The translations under genes were made by a program, and so were the position numbers. The notes beneath the pieces were generated by a model, which worked only from the letters and a program-made list of their open reading frames with translations, was not told the origin of the DNA and did no database searches. From the NCBI GenBank assembly GCA_038230375.1, contig JBBRNJ010000022.1:1-64000 (forward strand): DNA of 64,000 bases, given 5' to 3'. The DNA is from Polyangiales bacterium (GTDB lineage Bacteria; Myxococcota_A; Polyangia; Polyangiales; Polyangiaceae). Positions within the stretch are counted from its first letter, which is position 1, and the number at the start of each line of letters is the position of its first letter. Below are positions 18,821 through 29,016 of this stretch, one piece after another.

Positions 18821-21298
18821 ATGCGCTGGCTCGTAGAGGTCACGCCGATGGGTAAGGCAGACACGCAGAGCTTCTGCGTCGAAGCCGAATCATGGCAGAA
18901 GGCTCTCGACGCCGTTCGAAAGCGACGGGGTGAGACCCCGGGCATGAACGGCTTCTCGGTGGAGCTCCTCGACACGGGCTATCGCGCTGTCGACCCGATG
19001 GCGCGCCTGAAATACGTGGTGCGCAACGCGCCAACAGACATGGCCCTCACGCCAGACGAGCGCCCCCCCGCGCCGCCGGTGCCGCCGGACGTTCCGAGCG
19101 ACGCGAAGACCGTTCCCTCGCTCGACGCCGACGACTCTGGCCCGCGCGCGGCCGTGTCGGGCGTGCCCCCCAGGGCCTCGAAGACGCCGAAGGCCCCTCC
19201 GAAGCCATCCACGAAGGCACCGCCGGCGCCGCCCTCCAACCCTTCCGCGAAGCCGCCGCAGGCCCCACCCTCCAACCCTTCCGCGAAGCCCGCCGCACCT
19301 CCGCGACCACCCGCACCGTCGAGCGCGGGGATCCAGATGGCGAAGCCCGTGCAGCGCACGGTGATGATGGGCTCGCAAGGCGCGGTCGCGGAAGAGGTGC
19401 GCACCGGTGCGGACCCGCGACTCGACCCGAAGACCGATCCGCCGACGCCCGGCTCACCTGGTGGCGCGCCCGTGCCGCCCATGCCCCCGGTCGCGGCGCC
19501 CGTGCCTGCCGCGCTCTCGTCGGCGACCCTCATGGCGGAGGCGTCCGATCCCAACATCGAGATCGAGATCTTCCGCTCCGAGCCGCCCGCAAAGCTAGCC
19601 GCAACGCTCGGCGCGCTGAACGGTCAGTACGACACGAGCCCGCCGCCCTCCAGCTCGAGCGCCGAGATGATCGTCACGCTGACACGCTCGGAGCCACCAG
19701 CGCCAGCGGCAGCACCCGTGGCTGAAGCACCAGGCGGTTTGGTTGCGATCGGCACGCAGCTCCCGGGTCTACCGGCGGTGGAGATCATCTCCCAGCGCGC
19801 GCAGGAGCCGGACGCGAAGTCTCCCATCGTGTATCGCGAGATCTCGTTCGCGTTGCCACCGGGCACGCCGGACGCGCTCGCCGAGCGCGTGCTCACCGGT
19901 CAGCTCGAGATCGTGAAGAAGCACATCGAGAAATACACGTCGCGAAAGTTCGTGAACCTGGCCGCGTTCGACGTGAAGTTCACAGGCAAGCCGCCAGTGC
20001 CGCCGCTGGTGACCATCACGTGGAAGGACTGGGCGGGAGCGCCAGTGGTCGGCTACCCGAGGCAGGGGAAGAAGCCAAGCCTCCTCGCACCGAGGCCCAG
20101 CTCCGTTCCCCCGCCCGCCCTCTCAGCCCCTCCCGCTCCATCACACGTCCCCCAGCAACAACTCCCGCAGTCCGCGCCTCAGCAACCAGTCGCCGCCCAC
20201 GATCTCGCGCCCATCACGCAGCCGATGTCGAACGCGCCGCGCCCGCAGCCGCAAGCGTCCACCGGTGGCCCGCCCACCGAGCCGATGATGATCGCCGCGC
20301 CGGTCGCACAGCAACCGTCGTCGCAGCCATACCAGCCTCACTCGCAAGCGCCGATGCAAGCGCCGATGCAGCCGCAGCAGATGCCGCCACAGCCGCAGAT
20401 GCCGCCACAGCAGATGCAGATGCCGCCACAGCAGCAGATGCCGCCACAGCAGCAGATGCCGCCACAGCAGCAGGCGCCGCCACAGCAGCAGATGCCGCCA
20501 CAGCAGCAGATGCCGCCACAGCAGATGCAACAACAGGCAGATCCGTTCAAGTCCCAGCCGCAGCAGCCACTTGCGCACCCGAGCGCAGGCCCGGTGCCGT
20601 CGAGCCAGCAATCCAATCCTCCCACCGGGCGTCACTCACGTCCGAGCTCGCCGCGCTTCTCCACGCCCACGCCGGGCCAGATGCGGCCATCCGGCAAGAT
20701 GGCGATCGCGGGGCGCGACAGAGCCGCCGGTCGCGTCGCCGGCGACGATCTGATCAGCGCCCTGTTCGAGGCGATGCACGATCTCCACTTCCTCCGCGAC
20801 TCACTCAAAGGCGGCGATTTCTGCCTCGCGCTCGCCAACGAGATGATGCCCAGCCGCGTGGGCCTCGTGCACGCGTACGACATCAACAAGCGCAACTTCA
20901 TCGTCGCGTGCGCGGCTGGTCCGGGGGCAGAGGCGCTGCTGACCAAGCGCGTCGCCGATCAGGACGCGCTGCTCAATGCCGCGCTCCGCAAGCGCAAGTC
21001 CGTCGTACTGCCGGAGGCCGCAAAGGCGGGCGCGGGTGGCCTGGAGCGCTACCAGCTCATCGGCGGGGCGAAGAGCATCATCGTGACCCCCATCATGTTC
21101 GGCGCGCGGGTGCTCGCAGCGCTCGAGCTCGTCGACCCGGTGGATGGCAATCCCTTCACCGAGGACGAGGGTCACGCGATGAACTACATCGCAGAGCAGT
21201 TCGCGGAGTTCATCGGGTCGCACGGCCTCGTGCTCGAGACCGAAAAGATCCTCGCGCATCACGCCCAGAACGCGCAGCACCCCGGCCCTCACCCGTGA
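18821..21298 (+). CDS. Pro/Gln-rich protein with C-terminal GAF domain (possibly FrgA-like)
   Basis: Long low-complexity linkers; C-terminal SIIVTPIMFGARVLAALELVD...FTEDE GAF signature. Confidence 0.75.
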   Translation: MRWLVEVTPMGKADTQSFCVEAESWQKALDAVRKRRGETPGMNGFSVELLDTGYRAVDPMARLKYVVRNAPTDMALTPDERPPAPPVPPDVPSDAKTVPSLDADDSGPRAAVSGVPPRASKTPKAPPKPSTKAPPAPPSNPSAKPPQAPPSNPSAKPAAPPRPPAPSSAGIQMAKPVQRTVMMGSQGAVAEEVRTGADPRLDPKTDPPTPGSPGGAPVPPMPPVAAPVPAALSSATLMAEASDPNIEIEIFRSEPPAKLAATLGALNGQYDTSPPPSSSSAEMIVTLTRSEPPAPAAAPVAEAPGGLVAIGTQLPGLPAVEIISQRAQEPDAKSPIVYREISFALPPGTPDALAERVLTGQLEIVKKHIEKYTSRKFVNLAAFDVKFTGKPPVPPLVTITWKDWAGAPVVGYPRQGKKPSLLAPRPSSVPPPALSAPPAPSHVPQQQLPQSAPQQPVAAHDLAPITQPMSNAPRPQPQASTGGPPTEPMMIAAPVAQQPSSQPYQPHSQAPMQAPMQPQQMPPQPQMPPQQMQMPPQQQMPPQQQMPPQQQAPPQQQMPPQQQMPPQQMQQQADPFKSQPQQPLAHPSAGPVPSSQQSNPPTGRHSRPSSPRFSTPTPGQMRPSGKMAIAGRDRAAGRVAGDDLISALFEAMHDLHFLRDSLKGGDFCLALANEMMPSRVGLVHAYDINKRNFIVACAAGPGAEALLTKRVADQDALLNAALRKRKSVVLPEAAKAGAGGLERYQLIGGAKSIIVTPIMFGARVLAALELVDPVDGNPFTEDEGHAMNYIAEQFAEFIGSHGLVLETEKILAHHAQNAQHPGPHP
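20375..20527 (+). repeat. Coding ~18-bp tandem repeat (CAGCAGCAGATGCCGCCA) encoding QQQMPP
   Basis: Direct reading within the GAF protein. Confidence 0.9.
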
Positions 21299-21302
21299 AC
21301 TG

Positions 21303-22982
21303 ATGGACGGGGAACGCCGCGGTAAACTGGCGAGCTTCGTGCTCCTGCCGGCGATCATCGTTGCTGTCGGGATCGTTGCATACTTCACGTTTCGCACGAC
21401 GCTCGCGCTCGATCGCCTGAGGCAAGAGGCCGTCGTCGAGGCCACGCTCGGCCTCGCGCGCGAGAAGGCCGCGCGACTCGACCGCCAGATCATCGATCAG
21501 GACAACGTCGTCGTGGCCATCGCCGATCCCGCGAACTTGCCCGAGCTCGCGGAGCGCTGGCTTCCGACTGCTCAGCGCGAGACGCCGAGTGTTCGCGCGA
21601 TCCTGATCCTCGACGAGCAACGTCGGGTGCTGGGCTTTGCGTCGCGCGCGACCGGCGCGTTCCAGGAGGAGGAGGCGTTCCGTCGGCTGCTCGTCAACAA
21701 GATCGTGCCCGACATGGAGCTGGGCACGGAGCCGAAGGACCAGCTCCGGCACCTTCACCGGGAGTACGGGCCGCAGGGCTATCTGCTCTCCTACTGGCAG
21801 CGCACCTGGCAGGGACAGAGCTACCTCATCGTCGCGTGGCACGACATCGGTCGCCTCGTGAAGGACACGCTGCCCGCGCTCTACTCGGACCGCGCGCAGC
21901 TCCTCGACACGAAGAGTACGCCTTCCCGCGTGAACGTCGTGGACGAGGACGGACGCATCATCTACGGCCCGCCGCTTCGCTCCGGAGAGTTCACGGTCGG
22001 CGTGCGCTTTCCGACCACGCTCTACAACTGGCGCCTGCAGGTCTCACCATCGTCCGCGGAAGATCTCGCGGTCAGCGTGCAGAACCGGCGGCTGGTCGAG
22101 ATCGCGATGGTGGGTCTCTCGTGCCTCGTCATCGTCGCAGGCGTGTTCGCGATCCTCGTGGCCGCGGAGCGCGCGCGCCGCATCAGCGCGCTGAAGAGCG
22201 AGTTCGTCGCGAACGTCAGCCACGAGCTGAAGACGCCGCTGGCGCTCGTGCGCATGTTCGCGGAGATGCTCCAGTCGGGTCGCGTTGCGTCCGACGACAA
22301 GCGCAAGGAGTACCTCGAGATCATCGTGCGCGAGAGCGAGCGCCTCTCCGGCCTCATCGAGAACGTCCTCGACTTCGCGCGCGTCGAACGCGGTCGCGAT
22401 GCGTACGAGCTCGAGGAAGGCGATGTGGGCGAAGCTGTGATGCGCGCCGTGAACGTGTATCGCTACCGCGCCGAACGCGAGAACGTGAGGATCGATGTCG
22501 ACATCGAGGAGGGGCTGCCGCGCGCCCTCATCGACGAGCGCGCGATCCAGCTCGCCGTCATCAACCTGCTCGACAACGCCCTCAAGTACGCGCCCGATGG
22601 CGAGTGTGTCACGGTCTCCGCCGGCCGACGCGGCGAGCGCATCGCGGTCAAGGTGAAGGACCGCGGCCCGGGCGTCGCCGCCGAGGATCGCACGCGTATC
22701 TTCGAGCGCTTCGTGCGCGCCGAGGGAGCGTCAGGCACCGCCGACAAGAAGGGGCGCGCACCGGTCCGCGGCAGCGGAATCGGCCTGGCGCTGGTGAAGC
22801 ACATCGCGGAAAGCCACGGGGGCAAGGCGTGGGTGGAGAGCGAGCTCGGGAAGGGGTCGACGTTCGTGATCACCATCCCTGCCGAGCGGTGGAGCGGTAG
22901 CAGCAAGGTGGCCCCGAGCCCGCCCCCAGTCCCGTCAGCCCCTCCAGAGGGGGCAGCCTCCGATTCGGCAAAGTCTGATTGA
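21303..22982 (+). CDS. Membrane sensor histidine kinase
   Basis: Two TMs; VSHELKTPL, NLLDNALKY, DRGPG, GSGIGL. Confidence 0.93.
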   Translation: MDGERRGKLASFVLLPAIIVAVGIVAYFTFRTTLALDRLRQEAVVEATLGLAREKAARLDRQIIDQDNVVVAIADPANLPELAERWLPTAQRETPSVRAILILDEQRRVLGFASRATGAFQEEEAFRRLLVNKIVPDMELGTEPKDQLRHLHREYGPQGYLLSYWQRTWQGQSYLIVAWHDIGRLVKDTLPALYSDRAQLLDTKSTPSRVNVVDEDGRIIYGPPLRSGEFTVGVRFPTTLYNWRLQVSPSSAEDLAVSVQNRRLVEIAMVGLSCLVIVAGVFAILVAAERARRISALKSEFVANVSHELKTPLALVRMFAEMLQSGRVASDDKRKEYLEIIVRESERLSGLIENVLDFARVERGRDAYELEEGDVGEAVMRAVNVYRYRAERENVRIDVDIEEGLPRALIDERAIQLAVINLLDNALKYAPDGECVTVSAGRRGERIAVKVKDRGPGVAAEDRTRIFERFVRAEGASGTADKKGRAPVRGSGIGLALVKHIAESHGGKAWVESELGKGSTFVITIPAERWSGSSKVAPSPPPVPSAPPEGAASDSAKSD

Positions 22983-23083
22983 CGGAATGGTGCGACAAGA
23001 TATCGTGTACCGGAAGCGCAGCGACCGGGAACGCAAGCCGATCGCGGCGGCATACGGACTACGGAGGGTCCTGGAATCTTTTC

Positions 23084-24127
23084 ATGGCGAATGAGGAAAC
23101 GAAGCTGTTCGTGGCAGGTTTGCCCGACAGCATGTCAGAAGAAAGTCTCAAGGAACTGTTCGAGTCGACGGGGGGCGTCGTTCTGAACGTGAGCTTCCCG
23201 AAGGATCACGCGACAGGACGCAGACGCGGCTACGCGTTTGTCACGCTATCGACGCCCGAACAGGCGCAGGTCGCGCGTGACCAGCTCAATGGGTCGATGC
23301 AAGGCGGTCGTTCGATCGCGGTGCGTCCCTATCAGGCGGAGCCTCCCAAGCGCGGCGAGGGCGGCTTCGGCGGACCTCGCTTTGGACCTGGCGGTCCAGG
23401 CGGTCCTGGCGGATTCGCTGGTGGCGGTGGAGGTGGCTACGGCGGACCTCCCAGCGGCGGACCCGGTGGACCCGGCGGGCCCGGACCCGGCGATGGTGCA
23501 CCACCGCGCTCGTTCGGCGGCCCGCGCCCCAGCGATGACGATCGCAAGCTCTACGTGGGCAACCTTCCCTACGACTGCTCTCAGCAGGACATCGAAGAAG
23601 TGGTGAACAAAGCTGCCGGCACCGCGGGCACCGTCGTTCACGTGAGCCTTCCCACCGGCCCCGACGGCCGGAAGAAAGGCTTCGGCTTCGTCACGCTCTC
23701 CAGCGCGGATGCAGCCAAGGCCGCGGTCGCGGCTCTCCAGACCGTGATGATGGCTGGTCGCCCGCTCAAGGTGAACATGGCGCAGCCGAAGGGTGAGCGC
23801 CCGCCTCGGTCGGATGGCTTCGGCGGCGGCTTCGGCGGCGGCGGCTTCGGCGGTGGCGGTGGCGGCTTCGGCGGGGGCGGGGGCGGCGGCGGTCCTCCCA
23901 TTCCGGGCGCGGGCTTTGGCCCTCCGGCGCCTCCTGGTCGCAAGACCTTCGACGATCGAAAACGCAAGGCCGGCGGCAAGGCGGGCGGCGGCCCCGCGGA
24001 CGACGGACCGCGCAAGAAGCGGTTCGACAACCCACGCGGCGGCGGCGGCGGCGGAGGCGGAGGCGGTGGCGGCGGTGGGGGCGGTGCCAAGAATACCGAC
24101 TGGAGTGGCGGCGAGGACGACGAGTAG
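23084..24127 (+). CDS. RNA-binding protein with two RRM domains and Gly-rich regions
   Basis: RNP2/RNP1 pairs LFVAGL/RGYAFVTL and LYVGNL/KGFGFVTL. Confidence 0.9.
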   Translation: MANEETKLFVAGLPDSMSEESLKELFESTGGVVLNVSFPKDHATGRRRGYAFVTLSTPEQAQVARDQLNGSMQGGRSIAVRPYQAEPPKRGEGGFGGPRFGPGGPGGPGGFAGGGGGGYGGPPSGGPGGPGGPGPGDGAPPRSFGGPRPSDDDRKLYVGNLPYDCSQQDIEEVVNKAAGTAGTVVHVSLPTGPDGRKKGFGFVTLSSADAAKAAVAALQTVMMAGRPLKVNMAQPKGERPPRSDGFGGGFGGGGFGGGGGGFGGGGGGGGPPIPGAGFGPPAPPGRKTFDDRKRKAGGKAGGGPADDGPRKKRFDNPRGGGGGGGGGGGGGGGGAKNTDWSGGEDDE

Positions 24128-24131
24128 TCCC

Positions 24132-25157
24132 ATGCGCTCTCTCAGACTGCCCACGACACACGCCAGGGCGCTCGCGCTGGCATTGAGCGGTCTGCTCGGC
24201 CTTCTCGGGCCGATCGGGTGCGGTGGCGATGAAGCGTCCGGCAGCGGTGCTACCAGCGACGAGGGTGGTGCCGGCGGGACGGGCGCAGAGGGTGGCGGCG
24301 GAGGCGGAGGCGGAGGCGGAGGTGGAGGCGGAAACCCCGATGGTGGCTCCGGCGGTGGAGACGCCGATGGCAGCATCACTGTCCCGCCTGGCACCTGCGG
24401 CACTGCGAACCCGCCCACGGGCTTCATTGCGAAGACCACGGTCAAGGTAGGCGCGGTCTCGCGAACGTACGCGCTCACGATCCCCGCCGGATACACCGGC
24501 ACCAAGCTCTATCCGCTGGTCATCGGCTTCCACGGCGACGGCGGGACCGGCGCGCAGTATCGCAGCAGCCTCCCGATCGAAGCGGCTGCGGCCGGCAACG
24601 CGATCTTCGCGTGGCCTGACGGCACGAACAACAACAACGGTCACTCGTTCGACCAGGCCCACGACCCGCCCATGAACGCAGACGTCGATCTCTTCGACGC
24701 GCTCGTGAAGCAGGTCAGCACGACGTACTGCGTGAACGGCAAGAAGGTCTTCATCCACGGCATGAGTGGCGGCGCGTACTTCGCGAACCAGCTCGGGCGG
24801 TGGAGGGCGAGCGCGATCGCCGCTGTCGCCCCACAGTCCGGTGGCGGACCATTCGGCATCAGCGGCGCCGACTATGACAAGACCGGCAACCTCACCATCA
24901 CGAACCCCGTCCCTGCGTTCATCGTTCACGGCGACGCAGACAACAGCGTCCCGCTGACCGAAGGCCAGAAGAGCCTCACGTTCTGGGAGTACGCCAACAT
25001 GGCGTCCACGACGATGTCAGCGCCAGGAGGCCCGTCTCCCTGCGTGAAGCAGAGCGGCGGCAAGGCGGCCGTGTACTTTTGCAAGATACCGGGCATGGGG
25101 CATACGATCTGGAGCGGGGCGGCCGCGGGGATATGGGCGTTTTTCGCGGGGATCTGA
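24132..25157 (+). CDS. Lipoprotein alpha/beta-hydrolase (LpqC/PHB depolymerase-like esterase)
   Basis: PIGC lipobox, PLVIGFHG, GMSGG nucleophile, HGDADNSVP, GMGH. Confidence 0.85.
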   Translation: MRSLRLPTTHARALALALSGLLGLLGPIGCGGDEASGSGATSDEGGAGGTGAEGGGGGGGGGGGGGGNPDGGSGGGDADGSITVPPGTCGTANPPTGFIAKTTVKVGAVSRTYALTIPAGYTGTKLYPLVIGFHGDGGTGAQYRSSLPIEAAAAGNAIFAWPDGTNNNNGHSFDQAHDPPMNADVDLFDALVKQVSTTYCVNGKKVFIHGMSGGAYFANQLGRWRASAIAAVAPQSGGGPFGISGADYDKTGNLTITNPVPAFIVHGDADNSVPLTEGQKSLTFWEYANMASTTMSAPGGPSPCVKQSGGKAAVYFCKIPGMGHTIWSGAAAGIWAFFAGI

Positions 25158-25164
25158 GATGATC

Positions 25165-25797
25165 TCACCCCACTAGCTTGTCGATCTCCGCGACGACGCG
25201 GGTGAGCTCTGCGGCCAGTTGCTTCGTGCCGTTCGTGTGGGCTCCCTCTCCGAAGGCTTCCACCAGGGAGCGGTAGTACCAGAGCGTGCCTTCTTTTCCT
25301 CCGCGGAACCTGCACCACACGTTGTCTGCGTGCAGCCGGAGGTCCTCGAGGATCGAGCGTGCGTTGTGTACCTTGTCCGAGAGCGAGACCAGCCGCACCG
25401 GAACGGGCGCGCTCTTCACGTGCGCGAGGTAGCGCTCCTTGCGGTCGCGCCAGGGCGGCTTCGGCGTGACGTCCGTGTCGGAGCACGCCATGACGATGTC
25501 ATGCACGGCGTCCCCGAAGCGCGCACGGATGGCCTCTGCGGTCTTGTGGCCTCCCTGATCCTCCACCGCGTCGTGTAGAAGCGCCGCGATCGCGACATCC
25601 TCGCTCGCGCCGTGCTCGAGGGCCAGCGCCGCGACGGCCATGAGGTGCGCCACGTACGGCGTGCCCGTTGCCTTGCGGGTCTGGGCGGCGTGGAGCGTTG
25701 CCGCGTACACCAGCGCCTCCCGGAATCGCGGGCCAAGCAGCGCAGTCGCCGGGACGGATGCGCTGGGTGCTCGTTCGGACGTCGCGTCTTCGGTCAT
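25165..25797 (-). CDS. Stand-alone HD protein, Mesh1/small alarmone hydrolase-like
   Basis: HAAQTRK, PYVAH, AALLHDAVED, SDKVHN. Confidence 0.85.
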   Translation of the reverse strand: MTEDATSERAPSASVPATALLGPRFREALVYAATLHAAQTRKATGTPYVAHLMAVAALALEHGASEDVAIAALLHDAVEDQGGHKTAEAIRARFGDAVHDIVMACSDTDVTPKPPWRDRKERYLAHVKSAPVPVRLVSLSDKVHNARSILEDLRLHADNVWCRFRGGKEGTLWYYRSLVEAFGEGAHTNGTKQLAAELTRVVAEIDKLVG

Positions 25798-25847
25798 GGG
25801 TGGTGCTGCATCCCCCTGCCCTGTGGATGGTACCCCAAAACGCACCC

Positions 25848-25875
25848 TTGACTTCACGGCCACCCGAACTAACGT
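25848..25875 (+). promoter_or_regulatory. Sigma70-like promoter for rpmG
   Basis: TTGACT-N16-TAACGT, 21 nt upstream of the ATG. Confidence 0.6.
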
Positions 25876-25896
25876 GCGTCCTCCTTCGAGGAACCC

Positions 25897-26058
25897 ATGC
25901 GTGATCTCATCAAAATGACCTGCGCGAACTGCAACCGCGCGAACTACACCACGACCAAGAACAAGCGGACCATGTCCGAGAAGTTCGAGATCAAGAAGTT
26001 CTGCTCCTCGTGCCGGAAACACCATCCGCATAAAGAGGGAAAGATCTCGAAGGGCTGA
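25897..26058 (+). CDS. rpmG: 50S ribosomal protein L33 (Zn-binding form)
   Basis: [61 protein letters not shown]. Below the ORF-track length cutoff. Confidence 0.96.
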   Translation: MRDLIKMTCANCNRANYTTTKNKRTMSEKFEIKKFCSSCRKHHPHKEGKISKG

Positions 26059-26087
26059 TCGCCCTCGAGCTCTTTCCTCTTTGTTTG
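26046..26087 (+). terminator. Probable intrinsic terminator after rpmG
   Basis: CTCGAAGGGC-TGATC-GCCCTCGAG stem followed by a T-rich tract. Confidence 0.55.
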
Positions 26088-26094
26088 CCTAGTA

Positions 26095-26171
26095 GGGACC
26101 TTCGGTCCCCTCATTCGCTTTGCGAACGAGCCTCCCCCGCGTTGGCTTCGCCATTTCGTGCTTCGCACGAA
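26095..26171. repeat. Cluster of four short triloop hairpins
   Basis: GGGACC-TTC-GGTCCC, TTCGC-TTT-GCGAA, TGGC-TTC-GCCA, TTCGTGC-TTC-GCACGAA. Confidence 0.8.
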
Positions 26172-26287
26172 GGGTTGGACTGTTGGGGCGTCGCTTTTTG
26201 CTGGGGTTTGGCCTGGATCGTGGGGGGATCTATTCGGTCCTGGTGCGTAGACACGCGGGGATCGCGTTGCTAAGTACGGTGCCTTGA

Positions 26288-27548
<1,261 letters not shown>

Positions 27549-27563
27549 GTTTTGGATTTAGCC

Positions 27564-28433
27564 ATGAGTCCTCTGAAGCGATACAGAGACCGCGCGATCG
27601 TGGTGGTGCTTCTGGCGCTGCCGTTCTTCTTTCTTCGCGCGAACATGAAGAAGCCGGAGAACCTGAACGCGCTGGACCGGCTTGCGTTGCGGATCAGTGC
27701 GCCCATCGAGTACGGCGTCGCCACGCTGGGACGCGGCATCTCGAACGTGATCCAGCGCATCACGTACAGCTTCTCCGTGGCGGAGCACACCGAGCAGGTG
27801 GAGTACGAGAACGCACGCCTCCGCGAAGAGAACCACAAGCTGTCGCAGCTGGAGGCGGACAACCGCGAGCTGCGTCGCCTGCTCATGTTGAAGCAATCCA
27901 CGGCGCTGGACACCGTGAGCGCGGAGGTCACCGGGAAGGACTACACCGAGTTCTTCCGCGTCACGCGCGTCACGCTCGACAAGAGCTCCCGTGACATTGC
28001 GCCGCACATGCCCGTCATCTCACCAGATGGCGTGGTGGGCGCCGTGCAGCGCGTCGCGGGGGACAACGTGGACGTGCAGCTCGCCGTCGACGCGGCGTTC
28101 GGTGTGGACGTGGAGGACGAGCGCACGCACGCACGCGGCTTCGCACGCGGCACGGGCGACCCATCCAAGTACGCCTGCAAGATCGAGATGGTCGACTCGC
28201 GCGACGAGATCGAGATCGGTGATCTCCTGGTCACCTCCGGCAAGGGAAAGCTGTTCCCGCGCGGCATCCCAGTGGCGCGCGTCACCATGGTGGAGAAGCG
28301 CGAGCTCGGACGCTTCCAGGAGGTGCTCGCCGCGCCCACCGTGAACTTCTCCAAGCTGGAGAACGTGCTCATCCTGGTCCAACCCGTGGACGACGACGCG
28401 CCAAAGCCTGGCACGAAGCCGAAGGGGAAATGA
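27564..28433 (+). CDS. mreC: Rod shape-determining protein MreC
   Basis: N-terminal TM, coiled coil ENARLREEN, GVVG, GDLLVTSG, FPRGIPV; gene order. Confidence 0.93.
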   Translation: MSPLKRYRDRAIVVVLLALPFFFLRANMKKPENLNALDRLALRISAPIEYGVATLGRGISNVIQRITYSFSVAEHTEQVEYENARLREENHKLSQLEADNRELRRLLMLKQSTALDTVSAEVTGKDYTEFFRVTRVTLDKSSRDIAPHMPVISPDGVVGAVQRVAGDNVDVQLAVDAAFGVDVEDERTHARGFARGTGDPSKYACKIEMVDSRDEIEIGDLLVTSGKGKLFPRGIPVARVTMVEKRELGRFQEVLAAPTVNFSKLENVLILVQPVDDDAPKPGTKPKGK

Positions 28434-28437
28434 GCAC

Positions 28438-29016
28438 GTGCGCAACACGCTCTTCTTCCTGACCGGCTTTGGTCTGCTCATCGTAGAGACGCAGAGCTTC
28501 CGCATCATCCGGCTGCTCCTCGCCATGGTCGCGGGGCTCTTGCACCTCGTGTCGCTTCACCCTGGCCCGCTCGAGATCCCGGGCCTGGTGCCCTCGCTCG
28601 TGCTGCCGCTGATCCTGTTCATGGGCGTGCACGAGTATCACCTGTCGCTGGGCGCGGGCGTGGTGTTCGCGCTCGGATACATGACGGACATCCTTGGGAT
28701 CGCGCCTGTGGGTCTGCACGCGTTCACGTTCGTGGCGATCTTCATCCTGGCGCGCTCCGCCGGTGTTCGGCTCGCCGCGCAGACACGGTGGATGCAAGGG
28801 CTCCTGTCCGCAGCGTTCGCGCTCGTGCACTCCGTGATGGTGCTGGTGCTGCTTGCGATCTTCGGCAACGAGGCCTGGGTGCCGCGCGCGGTGTACCCGC
28901 TGACCTTGCCGCACGTGATCGCTACGGCCATGGTCGCACCGTTCGTGTTCATGCTCGCGCAGCGGCTCCACGCAGCCACGCAGGCCAAGCGTGAAGGCGC
29001 CGGAGGCGAGGCGTGA
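28438..29016 (+). CDS. mreD: MreD-like membrane protein
   Basis: Hydrophobic, GYMTDILG...GLHA motif, located between mreC and mrdA. Confidence 0.75.
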   Translation: MRNTLFFLTGFGLLIVETQSFRIIRLLLAMVAGLLHLVSLHPGPLEIPGLVPSLVLPLILFMGVHEYHLSLGAGVVFALGYMTDILGIAPVGLHAFTFVAIFILARSAGVRLAAQTRWMQGLLSAAFALVHSVMVLVLLAIFGNEAWVPRAVYPLTLPHVIATAMVAPFVFMLAQRLHAATQAKREGAGGEA

